Shown here: piece after piece, positions 1 to 8,942 of the stretch
Position numbering within the stretch: position 1 is the stretch's first letter
How the letters are laid out: each line of letters begins with the position of its first letter
Program-made: the position numbers and the translations under genes
The notes under the pieces: generated by a model
What the model was told of the DNA's origin: nothing
What the model saw: the letters and a program-made list of their open reading frames with translations, nothing else
Databases searched by the model: none
IMG/VR virus record: IMGVR_UViG_3300011335_000382
Span: 1-32,731 of that record
Reading direction: 5' to 3' (one strand)
DNA: 32,731 bases
Origin: a virus
Taxonomy: Duplodnaviria; Caudoviricetes

Positions 1-1920
1 CAGTTTGGTAAGATTACAAAAGAAGAGCCCACATATTCATATGATGAGCAAGGTAATCAAACATTCACTGGCATGCAGAAAATAGAAACGTTTGGTAATA
101 AACTTACTGGACAAGCAGTGGGCAACACTTACGGTGAACGCCAAACTGGAGATGCCTTTGGTGGAACCTATGCTGGTAAAGGTAACACAGGTTATCGTGT
201 TCAGTTTGATGACAAAGGTAATCCATACTTTTACACATCAGGACAAAGCAGTAGTGATGCTGGTCAATGGATGCCTATTGTTCAGTTAGCCCTGGCCGCA
301 ACAGGCGCAGGTGGCTTGTTGGGTAATGCACTATTGGGTGCAGGTGCTGGCGCAGTTGCCACCAACGCACTAGGCAATGCCATCATCAGTGGAGCCTTAA
401 CAGGAGCCACAGGCGGTGACGCTCTCAAAGGTGCGCTATTAGGTGGTGTTGGTGGTGCCATTGGTGGTTACTTGCAAGGTGCCACTCCCACTACCGCTGG
501 TGGCAGTATCTTTGGTGGTGCTGTAGATGGAAGCACAGTTAACTTTGCTGACCTAGCAGACACAGGTGTTATTGACGCACTCAAGGCACGTGGACTTTCA
601 AACATTCAGATCACGGACTTCTTAGAAAACTCTGGTGGCATTAGTGTTCCTGCCAGTGTTATAGATGGAAGCACCATCAACTTTAATGACCTAGCAGACA
701 ACTCAATAATTGATGCTCTTAAAGAACGTGGACTCTCAAACATTCAGATCAATGACTTTTTAAACAACGCAGGTGGCACAGTGACTGGTCCAGCAGTGCC
801 CACAGGAACCACTCCCGTTGAAACAGTCAATGTAACTGGTGCCGCTACAGGTCCTGTAGTTCCTACCATGGTAGATCCCAACATCCTGGCAGCTGTGACA
901 ACACAGTTGAATACCAATGTTAAAACACCTACACCCACAATTGAAATCACAGGAGACAAAGTAACCAAACCAGATGATACTACTACGCCTACTGTGACAG
1001 TAACAGGTGACAAGCCAGTGACACCAGTTGTGCCTACAGTGACAGTCACAGGTGATAAGCCAGTAACTCCAGTTGTGCCTACTGTAGAAGTTGTTGGAGA
1101 CAAACCAACGACGCCAACCATACCAACAGTTACAATCACAGGTGATAAACCAGTGACTCCAGTTGTGCCCACAGTAGAAATTGTAGCACCAAAACCACCT
1201 GTAGTGCCTCCAGTAGTGCCACCAGTGATTCCTGAGATAGTTATTACACCGCCTCCTGTTCCACCAGTGCCTCCTGTTGTGCCTCCAGTGACACCACCTG
1301 TTGTAGTTGTGCCTCCTGTGGTCCTGCCCCCACCTAAACCTCCACAGCCTCCTGTTGTGGTTCCCCCACCTCCACCACCACCTCCAGTTGCGACAAATGG
1401 TGTAGGATTAAATCCAGGCTTGATAGAAACAACTCCGTTCTACAACACCACAAATGATGCTCAAGCACGTTACTACTATGGTGACCATGGATTCCAAACA
1501 GGTCCAGCTTTTGATGCTGCCAGTTATAACGCAGTGGCTGCGCCTGACACACCATTTGGTATTCAAGGTGTTGCCAAGCCACTCAGTGCCGCCGATTATG
1601 AAAACATCATCTTGGGCAGACCGTTCACACCAGAACAGTTTACTCCTGCCACAAGACGACAGGCATACAATCCTGCGCTGTTACAAACACCAGTTGGACA
1701 GAGTGGTAGCGCACAACCAGTGTCTGGTCCAGTAGCACCTTCTACAACTTACACAATGAACCCAGCAGAGATTCAACAGATATCTTCAGTGCTGGGTCCT
1801 GCTATGGCACAGGCCTTGGCAGCCGCAATGGCCGCTGGCGACATGGAAACTGTCAACAACATCAAGAGCCAGTATGACTATGCTGTGTTACAACAACAGA
1901 ATCAGGGCGGTAATCCATGA
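1..1920 (+). CDS. 5'-truncated virion/ejection-type protein with Gly/Ala hydrophobic segment and Pro/Val/Thr-rich repeats
   Basis: Frame 1 is open from base 1 (QFGKITKEEPTYSYDEQGNQTFTG then the track's M at 73), so the true start is outside the window. It has a glycine-zipper-like stretch (LALAATGAGGLLGNALLGAGAGAV...GALLGGVGGAIGG) and a long Pro-rich linker, and lies just upstream of other probable ejection genes. Confidence 0.6.
   Translation, partial: QFGKITKEEPTYSYDEQGNQTFTGMQKIETFGNKLTGQAVGNTYGERQTGDAFGGTYAGKGNTGYRVQFDDKGNPYFYTSGQSSSDAGQWMPIVQLALAATGAGGLLGNALLGAGAGAVATNALGNAIISGALTGATGGDALKGALLGGVGGAIGGYLQGATPTTAGGSIFGGAVDGSTVNFADLADTGVIDALKARGLSNIQITDFLENSGGISVPASVIDGSTINFNDLADNSIIDALKERGLSNIQINDFLNNAGGTVTGPAVPTGTTPVETVNVTGAATGPVVPTMVDPNILAAVTTQLNTNVKTPTPTIEITGDKVTKPDDTTTPTVTVTGDKPVTPVVPTVTVTGDKPVTPVVPTVEVVGDKPTTPTIPTVTITGDKPVTPVVPTVEIVAPKPPVVPPVVPPVIPEIVITPPPVPPVPPVVPPVTPPVVVVPPVVLPPPKPPQPPVVVPPPPPPPPVATNGVGLNPGLIETTPFYNTTNDAQARYYYGDHGFQTGPAFDAASYNAVAAPDTPFGIQGVAKPLSAADYENIILGRPFTPEQFTPATRRQAYNPALLQTPVGQSGSAQPVSGPVAPSTTYTMNPAEIQQISSVLGPAMAQALAAAMAAGDMETVNNIKSQYDYAVLQQQNQGGNP
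523..777 (+). repeat. Intragenic duplication of a 39-aa unit (offset 138 nt)
   Basis: VDGSTVNFADLADTGVIDALKARGLSNIQITDFLENSGG (523-639) vs IDGSTINFNDLADNSIIDALKERGLSNIQINDFLNNAGG (661-777). Confidence 0.9.
934..1200 (+). repeat. Degenerate 45-bp coding tandem repeat (PTVTVTGDKPVTPVV), about 6 units
   Basis: Units start at 988, 1033, 1078, 1123 and 1168, plus a partial unit at 934. Confidence 0.9.
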
Positions 1921-1923
1921 TGC

Positions 1924-1929
1924 TAAATA
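1924..1929 (+). promoter_or_regulatory. T4-late-like promoter box TAAATA
   Basis: Intergenic. TGATGCTAAATAATA (1918-1932) is identical to 12584-12598 upstream of the portal. An AAGGA RBS follows. Confidence 0.7.
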
Positions 1930-1948
1930 ATACAAATAAGGAAACACT

Positions 1949-2701
1949 ATGAGTTTTTTTGATGATCTATTCGGTGGACCAAAGACCACAAAAACAGTAG
2001 ACATTCCTGCGAGTCAACAAGCAGAGATGGATGCTTACAGCAAATACAGAATTCAACAACTGTTGCCATACCTACAACGTGGTATGACAGGTGTTGAAGA
2101 CATGTATAGAATCAATGAACCTGGCATGCTGAAGGCCGCACAAAACGTAGCAGGCGTAGGTGGACAAGTTCAAGAAACCACAGGTGGCGTAGGCGAAAGT
2201 GCGCTACGTTCAGGTGTTGTTGGCCTACAAAGCCTGTTCAGCCCACAGTATGAACAACAGCAGGTGCAGGCAGCTATTGCTCCTGCACAAGCACAGTATA
2301 GACAAAACGTTCGTCAGTCAGGTTTGAATGCCATGCGTGGTGGCACTGCTGGCAGTAGCAGACAGGCCATGCTAAACAGAATGAGTGCTGATGCCGCAAG
2401 AGGACAGCAAGCACAATTGGCCGCACAAGTTAGTCAAGGTATTCAAGGACAAAGAGCCACAGCGGCCAATCAGTTGGCAGGCATTGGTTTCAGCGGTATG
2501 GATCGCACACTGGCAGCCGCACAGGCCCGTCAGGCAGCGGCCAACAGTCCAATGGATCAATACTACAAGAACTTGGCTGCTCGTTACAGTGTATCACCTG
2601 CTGTTGGTGCTACTCCATATCCTGGCGCACAAAGCACTACAACACAGACTGGTGCAGACTATAAAGATCTTATTGGCAAAGTGTTGCCTTTCTTAATTTA
2701 A
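1949..2701 (+). CDS. Probable internal virion (DNA ejection) protein
   Basis: AAGGA RBS; Gln/Ala/Gly-rich helical 250 aa; N-terminus MSFFDDLFGG is typical of podovirus pilot/ejection proteins; gene position fits. Confidence 0.55.
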   Translation: MSFFDDLFGGPKTTKTVDIPASQQAEMDAYSKYRIQQLLPYLQRGMTGVEDMYRINEPGMLKAAQNVAGVGGQVQETTGGVGESALRSGVVGLQSLFSPQYEQQQVQAAIAPAQAQYRQNVRQSGLNAMRGGTAGSSRQAMLNRMSADAARGQQAQLAAQVSQGIQGQRATAANQLAGIGFSGMDRTLAAAQARQAAANSPMDQYYKNLAARYSVSPAVGATPYPGAQSTTTQTGADYKDLIGKVLPFLI

Positions 2702-2711
2702 GGATTAATCA

Positions 2712-4979
2712 ATGGCATACCAATATGATCAATTCGGCAATGTAATTGGCGAATACGAAAGCGAAGAAGAACGCAGAGCCAGAGAAGCACAAGAACTTGC
2801 TGACCATGCTGTTCAAACACAGGAGATCAAAACCTACGGTGATGGCACAGTAGAGAAGACAACCAAAGAGTCTTTGCCTCCTGAACTACAACGTGCTCAG
2901 GCTGCTTATCAACAAACTGTAGCACCAGTGGCTCCAGTTAGTCCAGAACAAATGGCCTACACTAGACAACAAGAGTCTGGTGGTCGTAGAGACATTGGCT
3001 ATCACTTTCAACCCAACGCACAAGGACAAAGACAATCAAGTGCGTTTGGACCTTATGGCATCACTGAAGCCGCTTACCGGGACATTGCCAAGCAAGATCC
3101 AAGTTTAGCCAAACCCATCACAGAGTGGACACAAGAAGAACATGATCGTGGTTATACTACCCTAGTGGGTCGTAATCAGAAAAGACTAACACAGTTAGGC
3201 GTTGAACCCACTGGTGGCGCACTACAACTCAGTCACTTGCTGGGTCCAGATGGTGCCGCACGTTTCTTAAAAACAGGTGAAGTCAGTGAACAAGCCGCGG
3301 CAGCAAATGGTGGTGCTGAAAGACTAAAACAAATTGCGTCAGGACGCTTTGCTGGTGGAGCCAGTGCCAGTTCAGGTGCCGCTCAAGCACAGACAGCACC
3401 TCAGCCTCAACAACAAATGGGACCTATCAGTCCTGAACAAGTTGATCAGCAAGCACAAATCCTAACTCAACAACTACAACAGTTAGCAGAGTCACAAAAA
3501 CAAACTCCTCCTCCAAACAGTTTTGATGAGTTTGGCACACCTGTGTTCAGTCCACAGCAGGCCAACTTAGACATGCACTTGAACAACTATCAAAGCATAC
3601 AAGAAAGTCCAGATCAGTTATTGAATCTAAGCAAGGATCCAACACTACCAGAATGGTTAAAGGATCGCAGTAGAAACCGTGCCGCAGACCTAATCATTGA
3701 ACAACGTCAAGATGCCCGAGCACAAAAAGAAGTAGAAGACCTAGATGAAAACAAAATTGCCAGACTATTACGTGAACGTAAAGGTGAAGGCAGTAGACTA
3801 AAAGGCATGTTGTATGCGGCATTTGGCTTAACAGATCTAGCCAATGAAGAAAAATACAAACTGGGTATTGGCTCAGACAAAGCAGACACAATAAATGGTG
3901 AACCAGTGGTGATCAAAGTTGCGGCCAATGGTAAAGCCATTGATGGTATCAGTGCTGTCACAGGCAAAGAACTCTCTGCCAAAGAGATTGCCATGTATAA
4001 CGCCAACTTGGGTGGTGCGCTAGGCAAAGGTGCCAGTGTCAGTGCTGAAGTATATGTTGATCAGAAAACAGGCAAGCGTTATCGCTCAGGTGTTGATAGT
4101 TCAGGCAAAGGTGCTTATGTCAGTGTTGCTGGTGGTCCTCCATTCAAGGGCAATGAAAAAGATCTAGTGCCACAAAGTATTGGAACAGCCGCTGCCAAAG
4201 CAGAAGCAACCAATGCTGTTGACTTACGTTACACAGGTCCCAAAGCATACACCAAGGCAGGCGCTGACTTTGCTGGTAAATTCAATGCTGAAAATGGCAC
4301 CAACATTGGTTATGCTTCTGAATCACCTGGTGCTCCCTTAATTGACAAGAACACAGGACAAGTGGTTGTTCCAGATGCCAGTGGACGCATCACTGCCACC
4401 AGAGGTTCAGGTGGAACAGCAACAGCAGCCGCACCAGCAGCCGCTCCTGCACAAAGCAAGTTGCCTGCTCCTCCAACAATGAACCCAGGTGAAAGCCCAG
4501 CGGCATTTGCGGAACGCACAAAGGCCTGGTCTAAGACTTATGAAAAGCAGTTTGAAAGCCAAGAAAGAAATGTCAAGGCAGCCAAAGACTTGTTGCCATA
4601 TGTGAATGAAATGAAAGCCTTGATTGACAAAGGCACAGCATCAGGCATTGGTGCCATTGTAGACAACGCAGGCAACTTCTTTGGTTATTCAACAGCAGGT
4701 GCAGAAGCCATAGCAGCCATTGCTCCACTAGCAAACAAAGTGCTTATGGGTGTTGAACGTTTTGAAGGTCCACAGAGTGATCAAGACGTCAAGAGTTACA
4801 AAGAAGCCGCTGGTAGATTGGCTGATCCAAAAGTGCCAGCCGCACAAAAGCAAGCGGCATTCAATACCATTGTTGAGATTATGCGACGCAATGCTCCTGA
4901 CCTAAATTGGGACGGTGTTGGTAAAAGTTCAGGGTCAGGAACTACCTCAAGTGGTAACAAATACAAAAAGGTTCAGTAA
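2712..4979 (+). CDS. Internal virion protein with lytic transglycosylase/lysozyme-like domain
   Basis: Motif series QQESGG...SSAFGPYGIT...LSHLLGPDGAARFL matches SLT-like phage muralytic domains (catalytic E-S). The rest is Q/A-rich and helical. AAGGA RBS. Confidence 0.65.
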   Translation: MAYQYDQFGNVIGEYESEEERRAREAQELADHAVQTQEIKTYGDGTVEKTTKESLPPELQRAQAAYQQTVAPVAPVSPEQMAYTRQQESGGRRDIGYHFQPNAQGQRQSSAFGPYGITEAAYRDIAKQDPSLAKPITEWTQEEHDRGYTTLVGRNQKRLTQLGVEPTGGALQLSHLLGPDGAARFLKTGEVSEQAAAANGGAERLKQIASGRFAGGASASSGAAQAQTAPQPQQQMGPISPEQVDQQAQILTQQLQQLAESQKQTPPPNSFDEFGTPVFSPQQANLDMHLNNYQSIQESPDQLLNLSKDPTLPEWLKDRSRNRAADLIIEQRQDARAQKEVEDLDENKIARLLRERKGEGSRLKGMLYAAFGLTDLANEEKYKLGIGSDKADTINGEPVVIKVAANGKAIDGISAVTGKELSAKEIAMYNANLGGALGKGASVSAEVYVDQKTGKRYRSGVDSSGKGAYVSVAGGPPFKGNEKDLVPQSIGTAAAKAEATNAVDLRYTGPKAYTKAGADFAGKFNAENGTNIGYASESPGAPLIDKNTGQVVVPDASGRITATRGSGGTATAAAPAAAPAQSKLPAPPTMNPGESPAAFAERTKAWSKTYEKQFESQERNVKAAKDLLPYVNEMKALIDKGTASGIGAIVDNAGNFFGYSTAGAEAIAAIAPLANKVLMGVERFEGPQSDQDVKSYKEAAGRLADPKVPAAQKQAAFNTIVEIMRRNAPDLNWDGVGKSSGSGTTSSGNKYKKVQ

Positions 4980-5701
4980 TGGCATTCATATATGAAATTA
5001 ATGGACAGCGAGTTGAGTTTGAAACTGAACCCACTGAGGCTGACATTGATGAAGCCGCAAGAGAAATGGGCACAACACCTGTTGCAGGTTCACCCAACAT
5101 GGCTCCACAAGCAGCCAGTGTGGCCGGCAGAGTAGCTGCCATGGCTCCAGAAGCCGCAGGTGCTGTTAGAGCAGGTGTTCAAGCAGTGGCCAACATGCCT
5201 GCTCAACAAGTTGCCAGAGGAGTAATGGACGCAGGTGCCATGTTGGCAGGTCATCCTCCTTATGCCAGCATGATCAAGGCAGCCACTGACACAGCCGCTG
5301 GAGTTCCTGTTAAAGATGTGATCAGTAATGCCACCAACATGGTTCGTTCTGGTGCAGGTGCCATAGGTGGTGCCGCAAGAGGTTTAGGTTCAGCCCTAGC
5401 AACAGGTGCCATGGCTCCTGAAAGTGCTTTCTTAATGCCTTACCAAATGGCAGCCTACGAACAAGACAAGATCCGTGCCAATCCCAACGCACCTGGCCTA
5501 GAATCCAATCCTTACGCACAAGTTCAACGTGGTGAATATGCCACAACCAGAGCCGCTGGTGCCGCAAATCAAAGAAGTGCTGTTAGAAACATGCCTTATG
5601 GCAATGTCACAGCCCGAGAACGAGACATGCTGGAAAAGGATAGATTAAATATGCAAATGAGAATGCAAGCAGCCAAAAGAGTATTAGGACAACAACAATG
5701 A
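4979..5701 (+). CDS. Hypothetical Ala/Gly-rich protein, possibly ejected virion protein
   Basis: TAATG coupling to the upstream gene; 240-aa ORF with an Ala/Gly-rich amphipathic core. Confidence 0.5.
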   Translation: MAFIYEINGQRVEFETEPTEADIDEAAREMGTTPVAGSPNMAPQAASVAGRVAAMAPEAAGAVRAGVQAVANMPAQQVARGVMDAGAMLAGHPPYASMIKAATDTAAGVPVKDVISNATNMVRSGAGAIGGAARGLGSALATGAMAPESAFLMPYQMAAYEQDKIRANPNAPGLESNPYAQVQRGEYATTRAAGAANQRSAVRNMPYGNVTARERDMLEKDRLNMQMRMQAAKRVLGQQQ

Positions 5702-6129
5702 CACTAGCAGAACAATTAACACAAGTATTCAACGACAACTTTGTTGCTTACTACAGAAGCCATGCGGCACACGTGAACGTAACAGGTCGCACATTTCGCA
5801 GTGATCATAAAATGCTGGGTGGTGTGTATGAACGCCGTCAAGCAGAGATTGATAAACTAGGTGAATTACTTAGAACCATACAAGAGTTTATGCCAACAGA
5901 CCTGTTTGATATCTTAAACAACACAACTCTAAGCACAGAACCCATTGAAGGTTCAGCAGATGAATTGTTACAGCTAGTTCAGGATGATCTAGAAGCCCTG
6001 CGTGACTGCTACATTGAATTAGAACTTGTGGCCACAGCAGAAGGCCATGAAGAAATAGCCAACTACGCACAAGAACAGATCTTGGACTTGAACAAGTCAA
6101 TATGGATGTTGACTTCAACCTTGGAATAA
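5698..6129 (+). CDS. dps: Dps/ferritin-like protein
   Basis: HVNVTGRTFRSDHKML...EIDKLGE keeps the Dps ferroxidase ligand spacing H-x11-H-x14-D-x3-E. C-terminal KSIWML; 143 aa. Confidence 0.85.
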   Translation: MTLAEQLTQVFNDNFVAYYRSHAAHVNVTGRTFRSDHKMLGGVYERRQAEIDKLGELLRTIQEFMPTDLFDILNNTTLSTEPIEGSADELLQLVQDDLEALRDCYIELELVATAEGHEEIANYAQEQILDLNKSIWMLTSTLE

Positions 6130-6133
6130 AGAA

Positions 6134-6490
6134 ATGAAACACATAGAAAACCCCGGCATTGAAAAAAAGCACGGTGGTGCCCGTGAAGGTGCTGGCCGTC
6201 CCAAAGGCACCAGCAATAGACTTACAGCAAAGGAAATACTTGACACAGCAGAAAACATGCTGGGCAAGCCCTTTGTTGTTAGCCTAATGGAAGGTTATAT
6301 TCAAAGCATAAACGAAGGTGACAGTCGCAACAGAGTCACTTACGAAAAGATTATTTTAGATAAAACTGCTACAACCATAATTGAAGCAGAGATTACAGAT
6401 GGCAAAGATGCCATTGAAGCCAAGCAAGCAGCCTTTACAGAAGCACTTGCCAAACTCATGGGCACCAGTCCTGAATCAGTTAGACACTAA
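6134..6490 (+). CDS. Probable terminase small subunit
   Basis: N-terminal GGAREGAGRPKGTSN motif is common in small terminases; 118 aa. It is about 3.7 kb upstream of the large subunit, so the call is tentative. Confidence 0.55.
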   Translation: MKHIENPGIEKKHGGAREGAGRPKGTSNRLTAKEILDTAENMLGKPFVVSLMEGYIQSINEGDSRNRVTYEKIILDKTATTIIEAEITDGKDAIEAKQAAFTEALAKLMGTSPESVRH

Positions 6491-6493
6491 ATA
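6488..6493 (+). promoter_or_regulatory. T4-late-like box TAAATA, leaderless start
   Basis: CTAAATA-AACAC-ATG: the box is 5 nt before the ATG at 6499 and there is no RBS. Confidence 0.65.
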
Positions 6494-6498
6494 AACAC

Positions 6499-6642
6499 AT
6501 GCCACTACAAAAGTCAACTAGCAAAAAAGCATTCCAGAAGAATGTTGCCGCAGAAGTTAAAGCAGGTAAACCTGTTAAACAAGCAGTGGCTATCGCTTAC
6601 TCTACTAAGAGAGCGGCAGCAAAAAAAGGAAAATCAAAATGA
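6499..6642 (+). CDS. Small basic phage protein, 47 aa (not in ORF track)
   Basis: Manual translation MPLQKSTSKKAFQKNVAAEVKAGKPVKQAVAIAYSTKRAAAKKGKSK. GKP-x-KQAVAIAYS is a recurrent phage small-protein motif. The stop overlaps the next ATG (ATGA). Confidence 0.8.
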   Translation: MPLQKSTSKKAFQKNVAAEVKAGKPVKQAVAIAYSTKRAAAKKGKSK

Positions 6643-7004
6643 AACATAACAGCAAAACACAAGGCGATATGAATCTAGATTTTAACGGCATGGCAGGTGA
6701 TGGCGTTAATCGTGGCTCAAACAAATTCGCAGGTAATCAACACTCAGGTGTTCAGAACCCAAACAAAACAATCACTGGCAGCCGTGGTCCCACAGTGGGC
6801 AACAAGAGTGATGATGACCGTAGTTATCCAGATGCCGCAGTGGTTCCCAAGTCAGGTCAAGGACGTGACATGTTCCCAGGCTCAGCCAATCCACAAGTTC
6901 GTGTGAGTGGTGGCGGACGCTTCCCAACCACAACAGCCATGCCCACAACAGGCAAGACCAGTTTTGACTTTGGTCGTGGTCCAACAAAAGGAAATCAACT
7001 ATGA
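6639..7004 (+). CDS. Hypothetical disordered protein with RGPT[VK]GN motifs
   Basis: AAGGA RBS; ATGA overlaps at both ends; G/N/S/P-rich. Confidence 0.7.
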   Translation: MKHNSKTQGDMNLDFNGMAGDGVNRGSNKFAGNQHSGVQNPNKTITGSRGPTVGNKSDDDRSYPDAAVVPKSGQGRDMFPGSANPQVRVSGGGRFPTTTAMPTTGKTSFDFGRGPTKGNQL

Positions 7005-7306
7005 GAATCTCTACATCAAATCCGCAGGCAGCGGCCATCAACCAAAAGCGTGGTCCCACAGTAGGCAACGTGTGTTCAGGTGATAAGCGTGACACGTTCA
7101 TGAAAGAAAAAGCCACGTCAGGCAATGAGAAGTCAGCCTTGGCAGACATGGTATGTGACGCAGTGGCCATGCGTGGTCGTGGTATGAAAGGTTATCGTGA
7201 TCCGTCAACTGAAAATCTCAGTGCCAACACCAATGTAGGCCCTAAAAAGAATTCCACAGCTGATGGCGCCAAGTTGCCCTCAAAATACAAAAAACCCAAA
7301 GGATAA
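7001..7306 (+). CDS. Hypothetical basic protein with RGPTVGN motif
   Basis: AAGGA RBS and ATGA coupling; shares a motif with the upstream gene. Confidence 0.7.
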   Translation: MRISTSNPQAAAINQKRGPTVGNVCSGDKRDTFMKEKATSGNEKSALADMVCDAVAMRGRGMKGYRDPSTENLSANTNVGPKKNSTADGAKLPSKYKKPKG

Positions 7307-7312
7307 AATAAC

Positions 7313-8884
7313 ATGGCAATCACTCCAAGATCAAAAGGCCTGGGCAACATTGGCGCGATTGTTGATCGTCAAGGTCGTGCCAGTCCAGCCGCACCAAAGG
7401 CACCTGTTAAGCCTACGTCAGTATCCAAGCCCAAGATAGCGGCACCTGTTCAGCCTGGTCCTAGACCTGTTGTTAGAAAGCCAGCCACTGCTCCTGCACC
7501 CAAGCCAGTGGCTAAAGTAGCACCTAAGCCTGCTCCTAAGATAGCAACAAAGCCAAATCCATTTGCAATGACACCAGAACAAAGGCGTGGTCAGAATGAC
7601 ACTCGTGCTCCTGGTGGTGGTGGCATGGACATTAATGGTAATCCCATTGGTGGTGGCATGGGCGGTCAAATGAATATTGCTAGACCAGGTCAAGGTAATC
7701 TTGCTAGAAACACTGGCCCTGGTAATGCCGCTCCTGGTGGTCCTGGTAATGGTAGCCCTTATTTAATGCCTCGTCCTGGTGGTCCTATTGACTATGAAGC
7801 AGAATTAAACAAAGATGGTTCTTACAGTATAGGCACTGGCCAAGGTCCTAGCACTCCTGTAAGAAGAAGAGAAGACGCCAGTGAAGCCTATTTTAATTCA
7901 TTGATAGATGCCGCTGGTGGTTATGATCAATACAAAGCAAAGAATCCTGGCAAGGATGTGTTTACTATAAATCAAGACTTTCAGCGATTAACTCCTGAAC
8001 AGCAGTATGGTTATTTGTCATATAGAAGTCCAGAGAATTCTGCTACCAATAGACCTCCATCAACAGGAACACCTCCTCCAAAATCAATTTATGATCAGTT
8101 TGGTATTCCTCCAACCGCCCAGGAACCGTTTGGTTATCAGTATAATGGTCCTCCTCCAATGGATCCAAGCACGCCATATGACATGCCACAGACAGCACCT
8201 GACTTTGGCAACTATGATAATCTACCTCCAGTTCCAATGCCATATCTACCTGGTGGTCCATCCTCAGGTATTGAACCACCTAACGACATGTATAATCCAT
8301 ACATGCCTCCTGAGCCTCCTCCAGGATATGATTATGGTGGTCCATTCACACCTCGCCCTGACATGGGTCCTGGTGGCATGTTTGGTCAACTGGGACCTCA
8401 AATTAGCAACTCCATTGGTGGCATGTTTGGCAACATGTTTGGTAATCAACCTGACATGCCCAATCAAGGTATGATCAATCAAGGTGTTGATTTTTTAGGT
8501 CAACAGATGGGCATGCCAAACTTTGGTAGTGGTCAACCACAACCACAACCTGGCTTTGGTGGTGAAGTGTATGACATGCCAATGCTTGATCGTTCTCAAC
8601 TTGATCCAAACTATGGTATGGGCGCTGGTCAACAAGCATTACAAATGGGACAACAAGGTCTTGGACAAATGTTTGGTAATCCTGACATGGATGGTGAACC
8701 TGCTCCCTACACAGGCGGCATGATGTCACCAAGACGTGTTATCAACCAAGTAGGCAAGCCAGGCTTCCAACCTAGACCCACAATGCAATCAGCATTCAGC
8801 CCACAAGGCAACAACTTTGGTGGCGATGGCTTCATGGGTGGCTCTGGTAGTTTATTTGGTGGCGGTGGTTTCGCTGGCAAATAG
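7313..8884 (+). CDS. Low-complexity Pro/Gly/Met/Gln-rich protein
   Basis: 523-aa ORF with AAGGA RBS; basic K/P/A N-terminus, P/Y/D middle, G/M/Q/F C-terminus. Confidence 0.75.
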   Translation: MAITPRSKGLGNIGAIVDRQGRASPAAPKAPVKPTSVSKPKIAAPVQPGPRPVVRKPATAPAPKPVAKVAPKPAPKIATKPNPFAMTPEQRRGQNDTRAPGGGGMDINGNPIGGGMGGQMNIARPGQGNLARNTGPGNAAPGGPGNGSPYLMPRPGGPIDYEAELNKDGSYSIGTGQGPSTPVRRREDASEAYFNSLIDAAGGYDQYKAKNPGKDVFTINQDFQRLTPEQQYGYLSYRSPENSATNRPPSTGTPPPKSIYDQFGIPPTAQEPFGYQYNGPPPMDPSTPYDMPQTAPDFGNYDNLPPVPMPYLPGGPSSGIEPPNDMYNPYMPPEPPPGYDYGGPFTPRPDMGPGGMFGQLGPQISNSIGGMFGNMFGNQPDMPNQGMINQGVDFLGQQMGMPNFGSGQPQPQPGFGGEVYDMPMLDRSQLDPNYGMGAGQQALQMGQQGLGQMFGNPDMDGEPAPYTGGMMSPRRVINQVGKPGFQPRPTMQSAFSPQGNNFGGDGFMGGSGSLFGGGGFAGK

Positions 8885-8887
8885 TCA

Positions 8888-8919
8888 TAAGTAAACATGG
8901 GGGACAGACTCCCCCATGT
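8888..8919 (+). promoter_or_regulatory. Late-type box TAAGTA followed by a perfect 10-bp hairpin
   Basis: TAAGTA at 8888-8893; stem ACATGGGGGA (8895-8904), loop CAGAC, TCCCCCATGT (8910-8919). No U-tract follows. Confidence 0.55.
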
Positions 8920-8942
8920 ATCGCATAGCAAAGGAAATAGAA

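Noticed and set aside
5646-5651. TAAATA inside the 4979 CDS, 47 nt upstream of dps
   Set aside because: It could be an internal late promoter but may be chance in AT-rich coding DNA. My motif scan was by eye and not exhaustive.
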